A stretch of DNA of 63,992 nt, the filler included, from Catajapyx aquilonaris (Eukaryota), in NCBI GenBank assembly GCA_000934665.2. It is 4 parts of 4 records of this genome, joined end to end, with 100 filler letters (N's around TTAATTAATTAA, not from the genome) between each part and the next. Parts side by side here need not be neighbours in the genome. Positions count along the whole stretch, not along the records: positions 1 to 16,049 come from JYFJ02007309.1; 3 more parts are not named here. One strand, given 5' to 3'. Positions 1 through 12,346 of this stretch are shown here, piece after piece; position 1 is the first letter of the stretch; the number at the start of each line of letters is the position of its first letter. The position numbers and the translations under genes are program-made. Under the pieces are notes generated by a model. That model did not search any database and was not told the origin of the DNA. It saw only the letters and a list, made by a program, of their open reading frames with translations.

Positions 1-367
1 CGCCTAATCAGCACCCCCCCCCCTCCCCCCCACCGATGAAAATTCGAGCACGTGTCATCAGGTTGCGGGAGGAAAGCTCTCGACGGCACTCGCCCAAATC
101 ACCTGCACCTGGCACACTGATTGGCGGGAGAAAAAGTCGCGGACGATTCCATAACAGTCCGACAATCTTTTTGACCGTGATAGTACACACCGTACTCGCC
201 TTTCCGCGCCTCTCAGTTCGAACGGAACGGATGTGACGTCACGTTGTATTGCCATAATCAAAAATCGATTACTCCCTTATTTCTAATTGCTTTATGAAAC
301 TGACCGGGGTTATCGCCACCTACGATTTTTCCCCACCCCCCACGCGCACTTGACCTGTGACTCGGAT

Positions 368-445
368 ACACCCTGTATAACGAAATTCGCATATAACGAA
401 ATAAAATGAGGTTCTCTTTAATTTCGTTATACAGGGATTCGACTG
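368..445. mobile_element. Tc1/mariner (pogo/Tigger-like) MITE end
   Basis: TATAACGAAAT repeats with an inverted copy; ends ...TTCGACTG|TA. Confidence 0.45.
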
Positions 446-890
446 TATTCATAAAATTTGGGAGTGAGAATATGCACAGTAAAACACATTTTCTCCAAGA
501 ACCCACATATGCTAAATTTTACCTTCTGTACTCAGAGTCTAGCATTTTCTAGGCTGAAATATAGATCCTTATTGGTGGTAGTATTTGGTGACACTTGATT
601 AGCTAGATTCATACCAACTCAAAATCAAGGCAACGGCAATGGAACAGTTTGGACTGGTGGATTGAAATCAAGCGACAGAAAGCATTTTGAATAGGATAGG
701 TTGTGCCACTTTCAGCTGCAGCAAGAACTTGGTGACAAAATTCTAGCTTACGACCTTCAGTGAATCAAGCCCCATAAATTTTCTGCTGTTCACACAGCAA
801 ATGCATTACCATCTTATTAGCATTAAAATAGGTATCAACCTTGTTTTTGGCATCATGGCTTTCCAAAGCACAGAAATAGTAAATACTTAC

Positions 891-3800
891 GCTTGGTCAA
901 TATAGTTGAGTGCTTGTTGCAGGACTCTGGGGGTTATATACTCTCCATGCCGATGCTTTTCAAGCATCTTCAGCAGCACTTCTAGTATTCCTGCTGAGAA
1001 GGTCTTGAGGTACCACTCAGAAAACTGCTTGTATTCCTTCACAGTGTTTCCAGGGCTTCCATAACGCTCAAACATGCGGACTAGGATATGTAGGGCCCAC
1101 TTTTTGCGTTTCCACCAGGGGACGTCTGGACGTTCATCCTCATCTACCTGAAGCGTGTGCTCTGGCACTGGCTGGTCAACTGTTACTCGAATCACTTCCA
1201 TCCACTGGGCAAAAGCTTCCAGTGTTATCAGGTCAAGGGGTAGGGTGTACTGAAAACAGAGATGAACTTGTGATAACACTTCCATGTCAACTTAGTCACT
1301 GCAATGCACATACTAAGGAAAGAAATTCGATCAATAACCACCGGAATAAAATTTTGATCAAATTTCGAGCTAATTTTTGTGATTTTTAAGGGGCACTTTA
1401 GTTTCAGTGCAAGATGGATTGTGTCTACCTTTTATTGCAGGCCAGTTTTTAAAAACATACAAAAGACCAAACTACAATAATCATTTTACACAGTTTGGGG
1501 GGGGGGGGGGGGNCACCCAAATAGAAACAAAAGAATTATGAAAATAAGTGCTTTTTGGGTGCAGGTAGGATGTGTGTGTGTGTGTTTTTTTTTTTTACAC
1601 TCGCAATTAATATACCAAGCAAATCTGTGAATTTTTGTAAAGAAAAAATCCAAATCATCATCCAATAATGTTGTCACATAAATCAGTAATTGTAATTATT
1701 GTCATTATGATTGCTTGAGGTTCCCCCAAGGCACAATGACACTTTCACAGGCAGAGGCAGGTGGCCAGAGTATCTGCTAATCCTGCCTGCAGACCATCCC
1801 CCTCTGGATTAAGAGGGCTGCTAGAAAAGGAGCCGATGTGATTCAGATTGCCAATTATTATGCAGCTCCCAGACGGCACCATGTTATTATATTTGATACC
1901 TTCTCCTCTACACAAAATATGCTGCAATATTTTGATTTTTCTGCAAAACTACTACTGGCAGTTAAGAGACTGCCCCATTTCACCTGGGGTCTGAGGTGGT
2001 TAAAGCCAACTTGGATGAAGCTGACCATCCTGATGATAAGCAATGGTTACTGCACAGCTACAGGTTGGAAAACAGCAATTCTGAAGAGCCGAGACCTATA
2101 GATGTGTGCGCATGTCATTGAGGCATGGTCAAGATTCACTGTCTTTCCTGTCTAGAGAAGCAGGCCTCATGGTAGGGGAGTATATGGAAGGGCTAGTAAT
2201 AGACTGTCAAATAATAAAGTGCTACACAATCATTCCGCCCCCTCCCTGAAACTTGCAACACTGGCATCATCTTTGTCAGTAGACATAGAAGTCTACCTCA
2301 CTTAAACTACACATGTAATAATTTTACAAATGATTCTGGTGACAAGTAACTGCACTGCAAAACGAATTACTTAATATCTTACCTGGGTGAGCGCATGGTA
2401 AATCTTGAGTATCTGCTTTTGTAAAAGAACAGATTGCTCCGACTGATCAGGAAGCAGCCTGACAATAAGATTGTAAATCATGGGTAATAGTAGTTTCATA
2501 GCCTCAGTTAGTGGTCCTCTCTCATCTTTCTTCTTGTATTCATAGTTTTTTACAAGCTGGTACAGGCATAGCAGGGCTCCTGACCAGCCTGTTGGGTCAG
2601 GGTTCTGGAGGTAGATGCTTATTTTGTCCACTATCTGCGTCCAACGGGCAGGGAAGTCATGTTTCACTATGTGGCTCACACAAACTGCCAGCTGCACCCT
2701 GCAAAAATGTATTAGTAGTCAGTCACAAAACAGGCTGTGCAATAGATGTTGCTGTCAGTCTAAACTGTGGTACTCATTAAGAGCCCTTGTATGGTCACCC
2801 TTGAATTTTGTCATAGAGCATACATTCTACTGTGGAAGAATGGGTTCACAATGACAATAAGGCAATTGAGCTCCCAAACAAAAAATGAAAGATCCTGCAC
2901 ACAGCAGAAAAATTTGCAGTCTGAACAGAAAGACAGGAGTGCCCTGATATTATTGCTGCAAATTTCATAACTGGTATATTTCAGAAATGAATAGCATTTT
3001 CAGGGGCCCCAGCACAAAAAATTCAATCGGCTTGTTCACACTGGTGCAAAATTCCTTGGAAAGTGCCTGGAAAGTAGATTCTACTAAAAGTAGAGTCCAA
3101 GTATTTTCCAACTTCCCAGTCGCAGTCTGCCTCACAAGCCAGGTTAGTACTACCGGTGTGCTCCATCGGATGGTGCCACATGCGGAAGTCACATGACCCC
3201 ACTTTCCAGGTTCAGGCCAGATTCCAACCTTCTCCATTTGGAATTACTTCCAACTTGGGGAAGCCTTTCAGAGTTTGTACTTTCCTGTTTGCATAGGTGA
3301 CAAAACCTGGAATTCAACTTTCCAGGCACTTTCCTAGGAATTTTGCACCCATATGAACATACCTAATGGCTAGTGGTATTAACACTGCATTCTGTCTGTT
3401 TCACACATCTGCCAACCTGGGAACAAAGCACAAAATAGGGGCAAGAAGCATGCAAGGTGCATCAAGTCATCCTTGGTAGCCAATAAGATAGTTGGAGATC
3501 CTACAAATACAGTATTCGAAACAGGTATGGATTTTGGCACCCCAATTCAGAGCTTGTTAAAGCAACTTAAATTCCTTTTCCTAGTTTAGTATGGTCTGTT
3601 GCTGCAAAAACTTGTCCACTACCACAGAAAATGTTCATGGAAGAATGATTCAGCCACACTGAAATCTGTATGCAGCGGAACCATTCGCTTCCACAAATAC
3701 TTTCTGTAAAAGACTAGTGCCTTCTATATTGAACAATACTAAACCAGAAAAGAAGTTTAAGGCACATTAGCATGTCATGAAATTGGTGTCCACAAGTTTA

Positions 3801-6800
3801 AACACTTTTGGCATGCCAAATTTGTGATAACTGCTGCCACTTTTTCGCCTGCTAGGATTATTTTTCGCTATATCAGAGAAAAATCGCAGGATAATCCTAT
3901 CTCAGTGCAGAGACTGCAAAATTTTTCCAGGTTCCAGGCTCCACTAGAGACAGGTTTCACTTTAGTACTCCAAATCCCATACTGACCTAACAAGTTCAGG
4001 AGCAAGTGCGACAGCTTCTATAATGGCATCCCTAATCATGGCGCGATCCTGCTCATGAACATTAAATTCTATGGTACTCCCTCCACTTCCACTATTTCCA
4101 CTTCCACCTTCTTTGTCACCCCAAGAGTGGCTAATTTGATTCTTGAGGTATATAACACCAGCCTGTCGGACAGGCATATCCAGGTCTGCCATCATTATCA
4201 CTTGAAGCAGGGAAGGTGCAAATCCAATAATCTTGTGCATCTGGAAGAAGACAGTTGTTTTAGTTCATTAAAGTGTTAGTGATATAAAGATATAAACACT
4301 TTCTGGTTAGACGGTTATGTTGTCTGATTTGATGATACTCAGTTTTGTTCTCTCTGCAATGAAATTTCCTCTTCCCTCAACTTACATCACTTCCTTTATT
4401 CCTGCCGCTTCTTTAAAAATGGTAGACAACGTTACTTAAGTGATATGCCTTCCGCTCCACCAAATAAATTCCATCGTGTTTTTTGTGGCTGCACTAAAAC
4501 TGACATTCTCAATTTGTATAACTTTTTCAAAGATGCTTGTAAATTACTGAAATTTTGTGACATTGTTTTGTAAAGTGCCCCATTTTGACACCATCTGCTG
4601 CTTATTACTGTATATATGAGCCCCCCCCCCCCCCCCCCCCCCCCNCCCCAGTAGGGAACGCTGGTTCCCTTTAGGGGAATATTAATAAACTTGATTTGAT
4701 ATTATTCGATTAGATATAAAGATATACCAAATGTGAGTCGAGCTCACACTTATGGAGAGCTACTGCAGCAGTATGCACAAGCTTCACACTATTTCACACC
4801 ACCAGTAACATTATTTGTAGGTTTTTAAAATGAAAGTTGGTTGATTAGGGGAGCCCAAGCATCTGGCACAGGGGAGGGTGAGAGGGGAAGGGAGATTTTT
4901 GGACCATGGGAGAAATAAGGAAAACCCAGAAAAAACCCATGCAGAGAGAACCTATCAAAACTCTTTCCACATGAGAATCCCCAGCGCAACCTGGAGATCA
5001 AACGTGGAATCTCAGAGGCGTAATGCTTCAACATTAGCCACTACACACGGGGCCACCCCTTCAATGGAAGTCAAAGGATACTCGACAGAGCTTGGACAGA
5101 TAGGGTGATTTTTTCTTTCTTTGTAGTAGAACCTTGTGTTGGAAGAGATTAAGAATAACTATCCCACTTTCCAGTTGCTCTGGGGGACAACAGTCCATCC
5201 ATGCCTTGACCCACAGCCTGTCTCGGTAACATCGCCCTGCCATCCCCATCTGTCTCTCCCCTGGGTCCATTCCCTCTTGCCCTGATCCTGCATCCTTTTG
5301 GCCTGTACTACTCTGCCTGGAACAACCCACTTTTACATCTGCCTCACCATCAGGCATACCCTGCTGTTGGCCACCTACAGTAGTGGTGCCATGTTTGCAG
5401 TAGGAACAAGTTTCCATCTACTAGGCTGAGAGAAAACTGCAGCAGCCTTGGTACAAGAATTACTAGGTCAGACTGAAAGTTAATCAATCAGATCATTGGC
5501 ATCGTACATCAACACTAATCCACAAACTCCTTAGTTCTTAGCCCAGATTAGCCCTGCCCTCTCCAAGAAAATGCCAGTTTTCACACATGCGCAATTTGCT
5601 TATAGCTCTACAGTCAAGCACATGTGCAGTGTTGGACATTAATCAAGGCATACTGCCAGCGACATTTTCCGAACCAGCAGAAGAAGAAATCTTGCTCGCC
5701 CAGCTTGCACTACCCTTATCTTCGATTCCTTCTTCTGCCCCTTCGGAAAATGTCACGAGCAATATGCCTCGATTAATGTACAACACTGTACCACAGCACT
5801 GAAATGCAAACACTATAATATGTGCACGTGACTGTGAATTGTTAGTGCACGGTTGAGTCAAAATTATATCACAATACTGGCTTGGGAACATTTCTGAAGT
5901 AAATAGAAGGGCTTAAGTCATAATGGCTGTAAGGGCCAAAAAAAAAGCTGAGTTATGTGTACAAAAGTGATGTATATGCCATGCTTAATAAGGTCAGAAT
6001 GCATTGCTTGTTAACATATGACATTTATGTGGTCTGTAATTGGTAGACTTTTGGGATGTGTGATGTTAACAGTACCTTCTTCAAACACATTTGGTTGCTT
6101 TCTTGGCACTTACAGCCATTTGACTTAAGCCCTTCATACAGATGATTGGTTATTTATTGAGATCATTACTGAGGACCACAAACATTTTTAGCAGCAAAAT
6201 TTCTGGCCACAAAACCCAGGTTACGATGCCCTGTAATAGACGGAGGCAGGACAAGTGTAGCATTTTTATGGCATGCTATGTCATGTAGCTTCTCCAACCA
6301 CTAACTATAAAGAGTCCCTAAGCCTGGGTCTTCAGATGTGAAATTTTGGCCACCAAAGCCATTACAAGCCTCAATAATGATCTCATTAGATGGCCAAACA
6401 TCAATTTACTATGTAAATGTGTTGTCCAAGTTGGTGCTTGGATGTAATTGTGACACACAGACACAGTTGATATAAGGATTTTTAAAAACGTATTGGTCAG
6501 TGCTTTTATTTGGCCTGCAAGAGAATGGATAAGCAGTCATTCTGACCTGCTGCAAGTAACCAAACTGTTACACCTTTTTTCAGAACCCTTGCAAATGCTC
6601 ATTTTCGCTCGCCGTGGTGAAGAAAAATGAGTATAAATCCAACATGGTGGCAAATAAAAAATTAACAAAAATAGTTTCCAGCAAGTCAATATCGAGGCTA
6701 CCTGTGGTGAAAATATAAAAAATTAACTAGATGGTCGAGCAACCACCCTGGCCCATCTCACATGGAATGACTCGTCATCGTTTCTTCCAGTGATGGTTTT

Positions 6801-8017
6801 CAACAATGGATTTGTACTGACTGAAGGTTCCTACCTCAAACTTGAACCCCAAATCCAGGTAGTGTTTGACTGCTTGTGAGGTATATCTCACAGACCATTA
6901 TTATCCAAGACCACCAGCCATAATCTCCGTAATGGAGGCAAATTGGCTAAAATACACGAGAGTAATTTTGTCTCGCAGTCTCTCAACAAGATGAAGTGTG
7001 TACCATCCCATAAAGGTTGCGAGTAAAAACCTGTTTAATTGATTTAACATTGCCATTGTCAGGTCTAGGAGGTCGGCAAAATAATGATGATAATAACTAG
7101 TGGTGTTCATTAATTGTATTCATAGTGATAACTTGGTTTGGACTACATAGGAAGCCAAAGCCACTAAGGGCAGTGGATTCATGGTGGTTGGTATGGGAAG
7201 AGGTTTTTGGATAGTGGTAGAAAATATGAGAACCATGAAAACATGAGGTAAACCTTTCAAAACTCTTGCCATGTGAGAATTCACTTGATCATGCACAGGG
7301 ATTGAATGTAGCCTCTCATGTGGAAGGCTGTAGCTCGAATCACTATGTCACCATCTGCCCCAGTGACAGGGAGGCGTAGTGGCGCTGCGGTAACGTATGC
7401 ACCCACAGATGTTGAGGTCCCGGGATCAAATCCCGCCTGTGGTCCCCCCCTTCATGTCGTGCAGAGGTTAAGGCCATCTCTGGCTTCATCTGGGGTGGTA
7501 TTTCCAATAGACTAAACCACCTGGGGGAGCTCACAAAATGACCTCAGCAACTGTACTGCACTGCACTTTCCCTCCTGTCACCCTCCCTTTCGCTCGCAGT
7601 CCCTGGGCATTACGGCAAAAGGACCAACCTGTACTAGCTTGTACTCCAGAAGCAAATAAAGGTACTGTGCCATATGCCCAACGGGCAGTGAACTAAATCC
7701 AATATTATATTATCACCTACCCTACGCCATGATCACACCAAAATCATGCATCCTCCCTGAACCAACATGAACTTGGTAATACCCAAGTGTTAGACGCAAA
7801 TTTCCGCAGAAATTTCCGCCAGGTCTCAAGTGCATGCATTAAGTAACAATGATTCATACACCTACACAATGGTCCCCAAGTGTCTATAGCCATGAACCCC
7901 AGTGAGAGCCGGTACCTGATCAAGCTGCTCCTCTGCTTGATGCCTCTGCCTGGGGTCGATGGTCCCCCTAAGCACGTCGATGAGCTTCCTCGAGTCCATA
8001 CCCAAGTTAGCCGCCAT
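891..8017 (-). CDS. IPO7: Importin-7 (moleskin-like), 5' part; gene truncated by the window/contig start
   Basis: Four GT-AG exons with matching phases: 7999-7916 ([16 protein letters not shown]..., in-frame upstream ATG at 8017 adds MAANLG), 4240-3987 (..[12 protein letters not shown]..), 2698-2383 (..[20 protein letters not shown]..), 1249-891 (..[35 protein letters not shown]). Collinear with the IPO7/IPO8 N-terminal IBN_N and HEAT region. Probable non-coding first exon ends at the GTGAGT donor at 8304/8303. Confidence 0.96.
3029..3363. mobile_element. PIF/Harbinger-like MITE in IPO7 intron
   Basis: Imperfect ~45-bp TIRs (GGCTTGTTCACACTGGTGCAAAATTCCTTGGAAAGTGCCTGGAAAGT and its reverse complement at the right end); followed by TAA. 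Confidence 0.6.
4890..5059 (-). mobile_element. Degenerate V-domain SINE copy
   Basis: Aligns by eye with the head and core of the SINE at 11507-11822. Confidence 0.65.
5627..5788. mobile_element. Palindromic Tc1/mariner-type MITE (~160 bp)
   Basis: CAGTGTTGGACATTAATC...GATTAATGTACAACACTG|TA; closely similar copy at 32907-33067. Confidence 0.8.
5906..6135. mobile_element. MITE with GAAGGGCTTAAGTCA termini (superfamily uncertain)
   Basis: ~28-bp TIR: GAAGGGCTTAAGTCATAATGGCTGTAAG / CTTACAGCCATTTGACTTAAGCCCTTC. Confidence 0.65.
7200..7361 (-). mobile_element. Degenerate V-domain SINE copy
   Basis: Similar to the 11650-11822 head/core (GTGGAAGGCTG.., ..CACC..GCCC). Confidence 0.55.
7367..7620 (+). 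mobile_element. tRNA-derived SINE, family A (older copy)
   Basis: A box TGGCGCTGCGG and B-box-like GGATCAAATCCC; collinear with 12008-12240. Confidence 0.75.
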
Positions 8018-10707
8018 TCCGAGCACCTCTAAAGCGTGGCTTACAGTCTGAATGAAATCCTGAAGACACAAGCTTCAACCAGCGTACCAGGTCAAGCTCA
8101 ATTCAGATTGAGAAAGGTCCAGACTGGTCTGAACGGGACTTATTCTGAGCAGCAGTGTTCACGTGACCTCTTAACATGGCGACCCCTCCACTCGTCTGTA
8201 GCCAGGAGGCAGTCTGTTCGCAGGTGGCGAGCAAGTCAAGACTACAAAAAAGTAACGTGTAATCAGGCTGCCAGCGTCTAGCCAACTGATGCTGTTCACT
8301 CACCTTGTTAGGGTCGGCTCTTTCTGCTGTAATTTAACGCTTATATTGGGCCAGCATGTATGAACCACTTCAATTAGGAGTCAGGCTTAGGTAAACAGTA
8401 AAACGATAGCGACAGGATGGCTATTGTTGCCCGATTTGTTTGTTGATTTTTTTAAGTCGTGTTGGCAACAATGCGAGAAGGCATGGCATTCACAACAGGG
8501 TCCGCTGCGGCAGAATGTGGCGCTGTGGGAAGGGCCGGTTAATAAAAAAACGCATATCAGTTATTATGCCATGTGGTACATTAGACGAACTTTCCCATTT
8601 GTCCGAAATACCCGTGGTGGTTACACCTGACTGCTAATTTAGATTTCTTCAGCTGAGTCATAATATGCATATTACACTTAAACTGGTTAGGATTTTCTTG
8701 CTATGTATTAAAATGTGGAAGTTACTTATAGCTGCTTATTTATATTAGCAGTGTTGTGACGTAATCAAGAGGTAGGAAGTAATAGGACCCTCTGAGCGCC
8801 AGAGTGAGCTGTGGTCACCGTGGCTGTGGTGCTACATCGCGAGATTCCGGAACCCACACAGTTTGGCTCAGGGTCGGACGGTCGGTCGGTCGGTCAATCG
8901 GTCGTGCCGGTCGTGCAGCCGTGCGGCCGTGAACCAATCGGAACCAATAGTGTGGCTTCCGGAATATATTCTCCAGTGAAGCTGCCATGGCAGCCTTATT
9001 CACTGGCCAGCATACTTTGATTTAACCAGCACGAGCTAATTGATTTAACTCACGAGCAGTGTCGGATTTACCCCCCCCCCCCCCCCCCAAGGCAGTTGAG
9101 ATCCGGCCCCCCATTCCGCTTCAAATTTCAATTTTCGTCGAGTTCTCTCCTTCATTTCATTTTATTTTATACAAATTTTATATTCCAAAACTCTTTAAAC
9201 TCATACGGCCGTCCCCGGAGGGTGGCCGCCCTTAGGCTTTCATCCTGCTTCGTGGCAAAAGGCAAATCCGGCAATGGGAACCCCCCGACGAAATTTGTGA
9301 AATTTTTTAATGATTTCGCCTTTATTTCTTATTATTGTAGCCTATATTTGAAAAATATTTATTGCAACTTGCAGCCGCCCCTTAGGCAATTTCCAACTCT
9401 GCCCAATAGTAATAGACTCTGAGCCTAAATCCGGCGCTGCTTCCAGTCGCGTAATTATTAATTTATATTATTAGTTTTTCGCATTGCGTCAAGCCGTCAA
9501 CTCACGATTTATTGCGTTGTTCCGGCATGCTGTTGCTGTTCCCGTTACAGACGGTGGACCGGGGTCCAAAATACACACAATAACCTATTGCTTCTTCCCG
9601 CCTTCTTTGGCCGTCACTCTGTCATCGTCCCCTGCTCAGCTCCCCTTCTTCCCCTTCCTCGCTACCTCTCACTCTCCCCCCACCTGAGGAGGGCCATCAG
9701 GGCCTACAAACCACCGTGGTATATAGGCCCACAATCGAACAGGCACTCCACACCTTATTGACAGCATTGGCCCCGAGAGCATAATAATAATGTCACCATC
9801 AAAAAGTTGGACTTGTCGTCTTGTGCGTCTACGACTAGAGAAATTCCAGCTTGTGAATAAGTTCCTTGTTCACAAGAAGTGCAATATTTTCGTCAACTGC
9901 TTGACTTTTACTTTAAATAAATAAATTGTCTGAATGCCATATATTGGGGAAAATGTGAGCTCCGTTACACTGTCACTCTCATATAGTCACCCTGTTCATG
10001 TGTACGGTAGAGAGTGTAGACTATCATATTCCTGCAAGCCTGATGCACTTTTGCAGTGTCGTTTTGTATTACCTTTTTCGGCTCATTTTTGTAATGTCCG
10101 GGCGAAAATGTGAAGTTTCTTTGGCCTATTATACCAGCGGCTGCCGTCTGAAACCGCGGCACGGGCCGTGCGAGTGCGACCTCAAGCGTCAAGCCACACT
10201 ATTGGTTCACGGCCGTACGGCTGCACGACCGACCGACTGGCACGACCGACCGACCGACCCAGAGCCAAACGGTGTGGGTTCCGGAATCTCCCCCCCAATG
10301 GGGGTGGCGACTGCTACTTTTGGCCGCTGGAGCGCTAGGGCGCTTGGGGCTGTAAGCCAAGGACTTGGCTGCTGGCATGCCTTGGTTCATTATGTTACCG
10401 TTCACATGTGACAAGCTCCCTTGATACAGCCAGTCGGAGTTCGATATCTTGCAAGACGCATGCGCAGTATGATGATACATGGATGGTATAACCTGGTTTT
10501 GATTGGTCCAAACTGGTGCCGTTTATATGAAAGAAGATGCTAAATGACAGCCAATCGTAACTCGTCCCTTGCTAAACGCATGCGCACTATTGCAGTGTGG
10601 TGGATGGTGTGAACTCATTCTGATTGGTCCAATCTGGCGCTGTATCACGTGCGGAAAGTTCAAATTGTTATTGTATTGTTATTATATTCAAATAGTATAA
10701 ATAAATA

Positions 10708-10860
10708 TATTTATTCAAAAATGCAATGTAAAATTCAACTATTTATTCCAAAATTTAATGTAAAATTCAACTATTTATTCCAAAATTTAATGTAAAATCC
10801 AAATGTTTATTCAAAAATTCAATTCAAAATTCAAATATTTAGCCTATTCCAAAATTTAAA
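10708..10860. repeat. AT-rich minisatellite, 32-bp unit, ~4.5 copies
   Basis: Unit TATTTATTCCAAAATTTAATGTAAAATTCAAC repeated with drift. Confidence 0.8.
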
Positions 10861-11504
10861 AATAGGGGCCATTGATGGCTCCGCTTCGGGCCGCGGTAAA
10901 TGTGATTAACATTATTCCCTTTGTCTCAATCATAATGGCGGGTTGGTCGGCCTTTTTCTTTACCGCACCTTTGATCCACATTCATCTGGATGGCCCCTGG
11001 TCCTTTTGCGCCCTTGGAGGAGCACCAGGGCGCGCCCTGGGGGTCCAGCCGAAGAGCCCAGGCTACATGGGGACTCGGGGGCAGATGATTTGAGACAGAC
11101 ACCGTTTGATGCTCTCCGCCGAATAGATGATGGTCTTCTCCACCCCGGGGCCGCCCTCGGGTCATTGAAGGTGAGGTTGGACTGTATCTGCTCAACAACA
11201 CTTGGTCCTTCTTTGTGCGCCGCAGGTCAACAAATGTTATTATGGCTTGGCCATCAGTCGCTGGAATATGTGCTTGGAGAAGCCACAATAACATTTATTG
11301 GTAATAATATTTTTCAGAACCCAGCAGCTATACATTGAATGTTGTGTGTGCTGGACAATATTGTACAGTGACGTTTTAATACTCATTTGAAGTAACCTTT
11401 TCAGATCAGCCCCAGAAGGTCTGCATTTTCCTTCCCGTTACCTGCCTTGTAGTCTACCCCTTCAACCTACTCGAGCACAAACTTGTTTAAGATCTATCAT
11501 AGAC

Positions 11505-11506
<2 letters not shown>

Positions 11507-11569
<63 letters not shown>

Positions 11570-11822
11570 GATAGCCCGTGATAGGCCCGTTGGGCCTCTT
11601 AAGGGATCATCTTTTGAATAACCAACTTTAATCATTTGCCTGTAATGTGATGGATTTTGATAGTGGGAGGAAACGGGAGAACCCCGAGAAAACCCACGCG
11701 AACACGGAGAGAACCCATCGAAACTCTATCCACATAAGTATCCTCCGTCCGACCCGGGGATCGAACTCAGGACCTTAGAGGTGGAAGGCTGCGGCGCTAA
11801 CCACTCGGCCACCGTGTCGCCC
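11507..11822 (-). mobile_element. Full-length tRNA-derived SINE with V-domain core and (TTA)n tail
   Basis: Head GGGCGACACGGTGGCCGAGTGG (A box) ... GAGTTCGATCCC (B box); core GTTCTCTCCGTGTTCGCGTGGGTTTTCTCGGGGTTCTCCCGTTTCCTCCCAC; 14-bp TSD TCTATCATAGACTA at 11493-11506 and 11824-11837. Confidence 0.9.
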
Positions 11823-12007
11823 TTCTATCATAGACTAGTGGACGGATTAATTCCAAGGACAATTTTTCCATCCGAAGTAACGTACAGCCAAACTGGTCCA
11901 AGGGCAGCCCCGGGGTCACACCCTCCCTCACTTGACTCCACGTAGCTGAGGACAATGATACGAATCAAAAAGTAATTCACAACTTTTTAAATTCTGCAGC
12001 TTCTTTA

Positions 12008-12346
12008 GGGGAGACGGAGTGGCGCCGCGGTAACGCGTGCGCCCACGGAAGTTAAGGTCCCGGGTTCAATCCCCACCCGGGGTTCCCACCTTCTTTCGTG
12101 CAGAGTGAGACCGTCTCTGGCTTCGTTTCGGGTGGCGATCCTTTCACATATGCCACCCGGGGGAGTTCACAAAACGGCACATCAACGACATTGCACACGC
12201 ACTTTGCACATCCCCTCCTACCTACCCTTGGAACACACTAAATACTATCTTAGTATACCGGTTCCACCCAAATGGTGGTATTTCCACCCCCCTAAAGGAA
12301 ATGTAACTCCCAATGGGGTAATTGCAAAAAAAAAAAAAAAAAAAAA
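12008..12346 (+). mobile_element. tRNA-derived SINE, family A, full length with poly(A) tail
   Basis: A box TGGCGCCGCGG, B box GGTTCAATCCC, A-tail ending at 12346; flanking direct repeat CTGCAGCTTC at 11994-12003 and 12347-12356. Confidence 0.85.

Noticed and set aside
4621..4649. Poly-C run containing N (also poly-G at ~1496-1513) as a G-quadruplex signal
   Set aside because: Homopolymers at assembly joins have unreliable length.
1250..7915. Intronic RNase P/MRP or telomerase RNA in IPO7
   Set aside because: I did not find paired CR-I/CR-V motifs or a TTAGG template by eye; not excluded without Infernal.
10708..10860. CRISPR-like array
   Set aside because: Tandem units without unique spacers, in a eukaryotic context.
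11750..12085. tRNA genes
   Set aside because: The A/B boxes are followed by SINE bodies, tails and TSDs; no complete cloverleaf.
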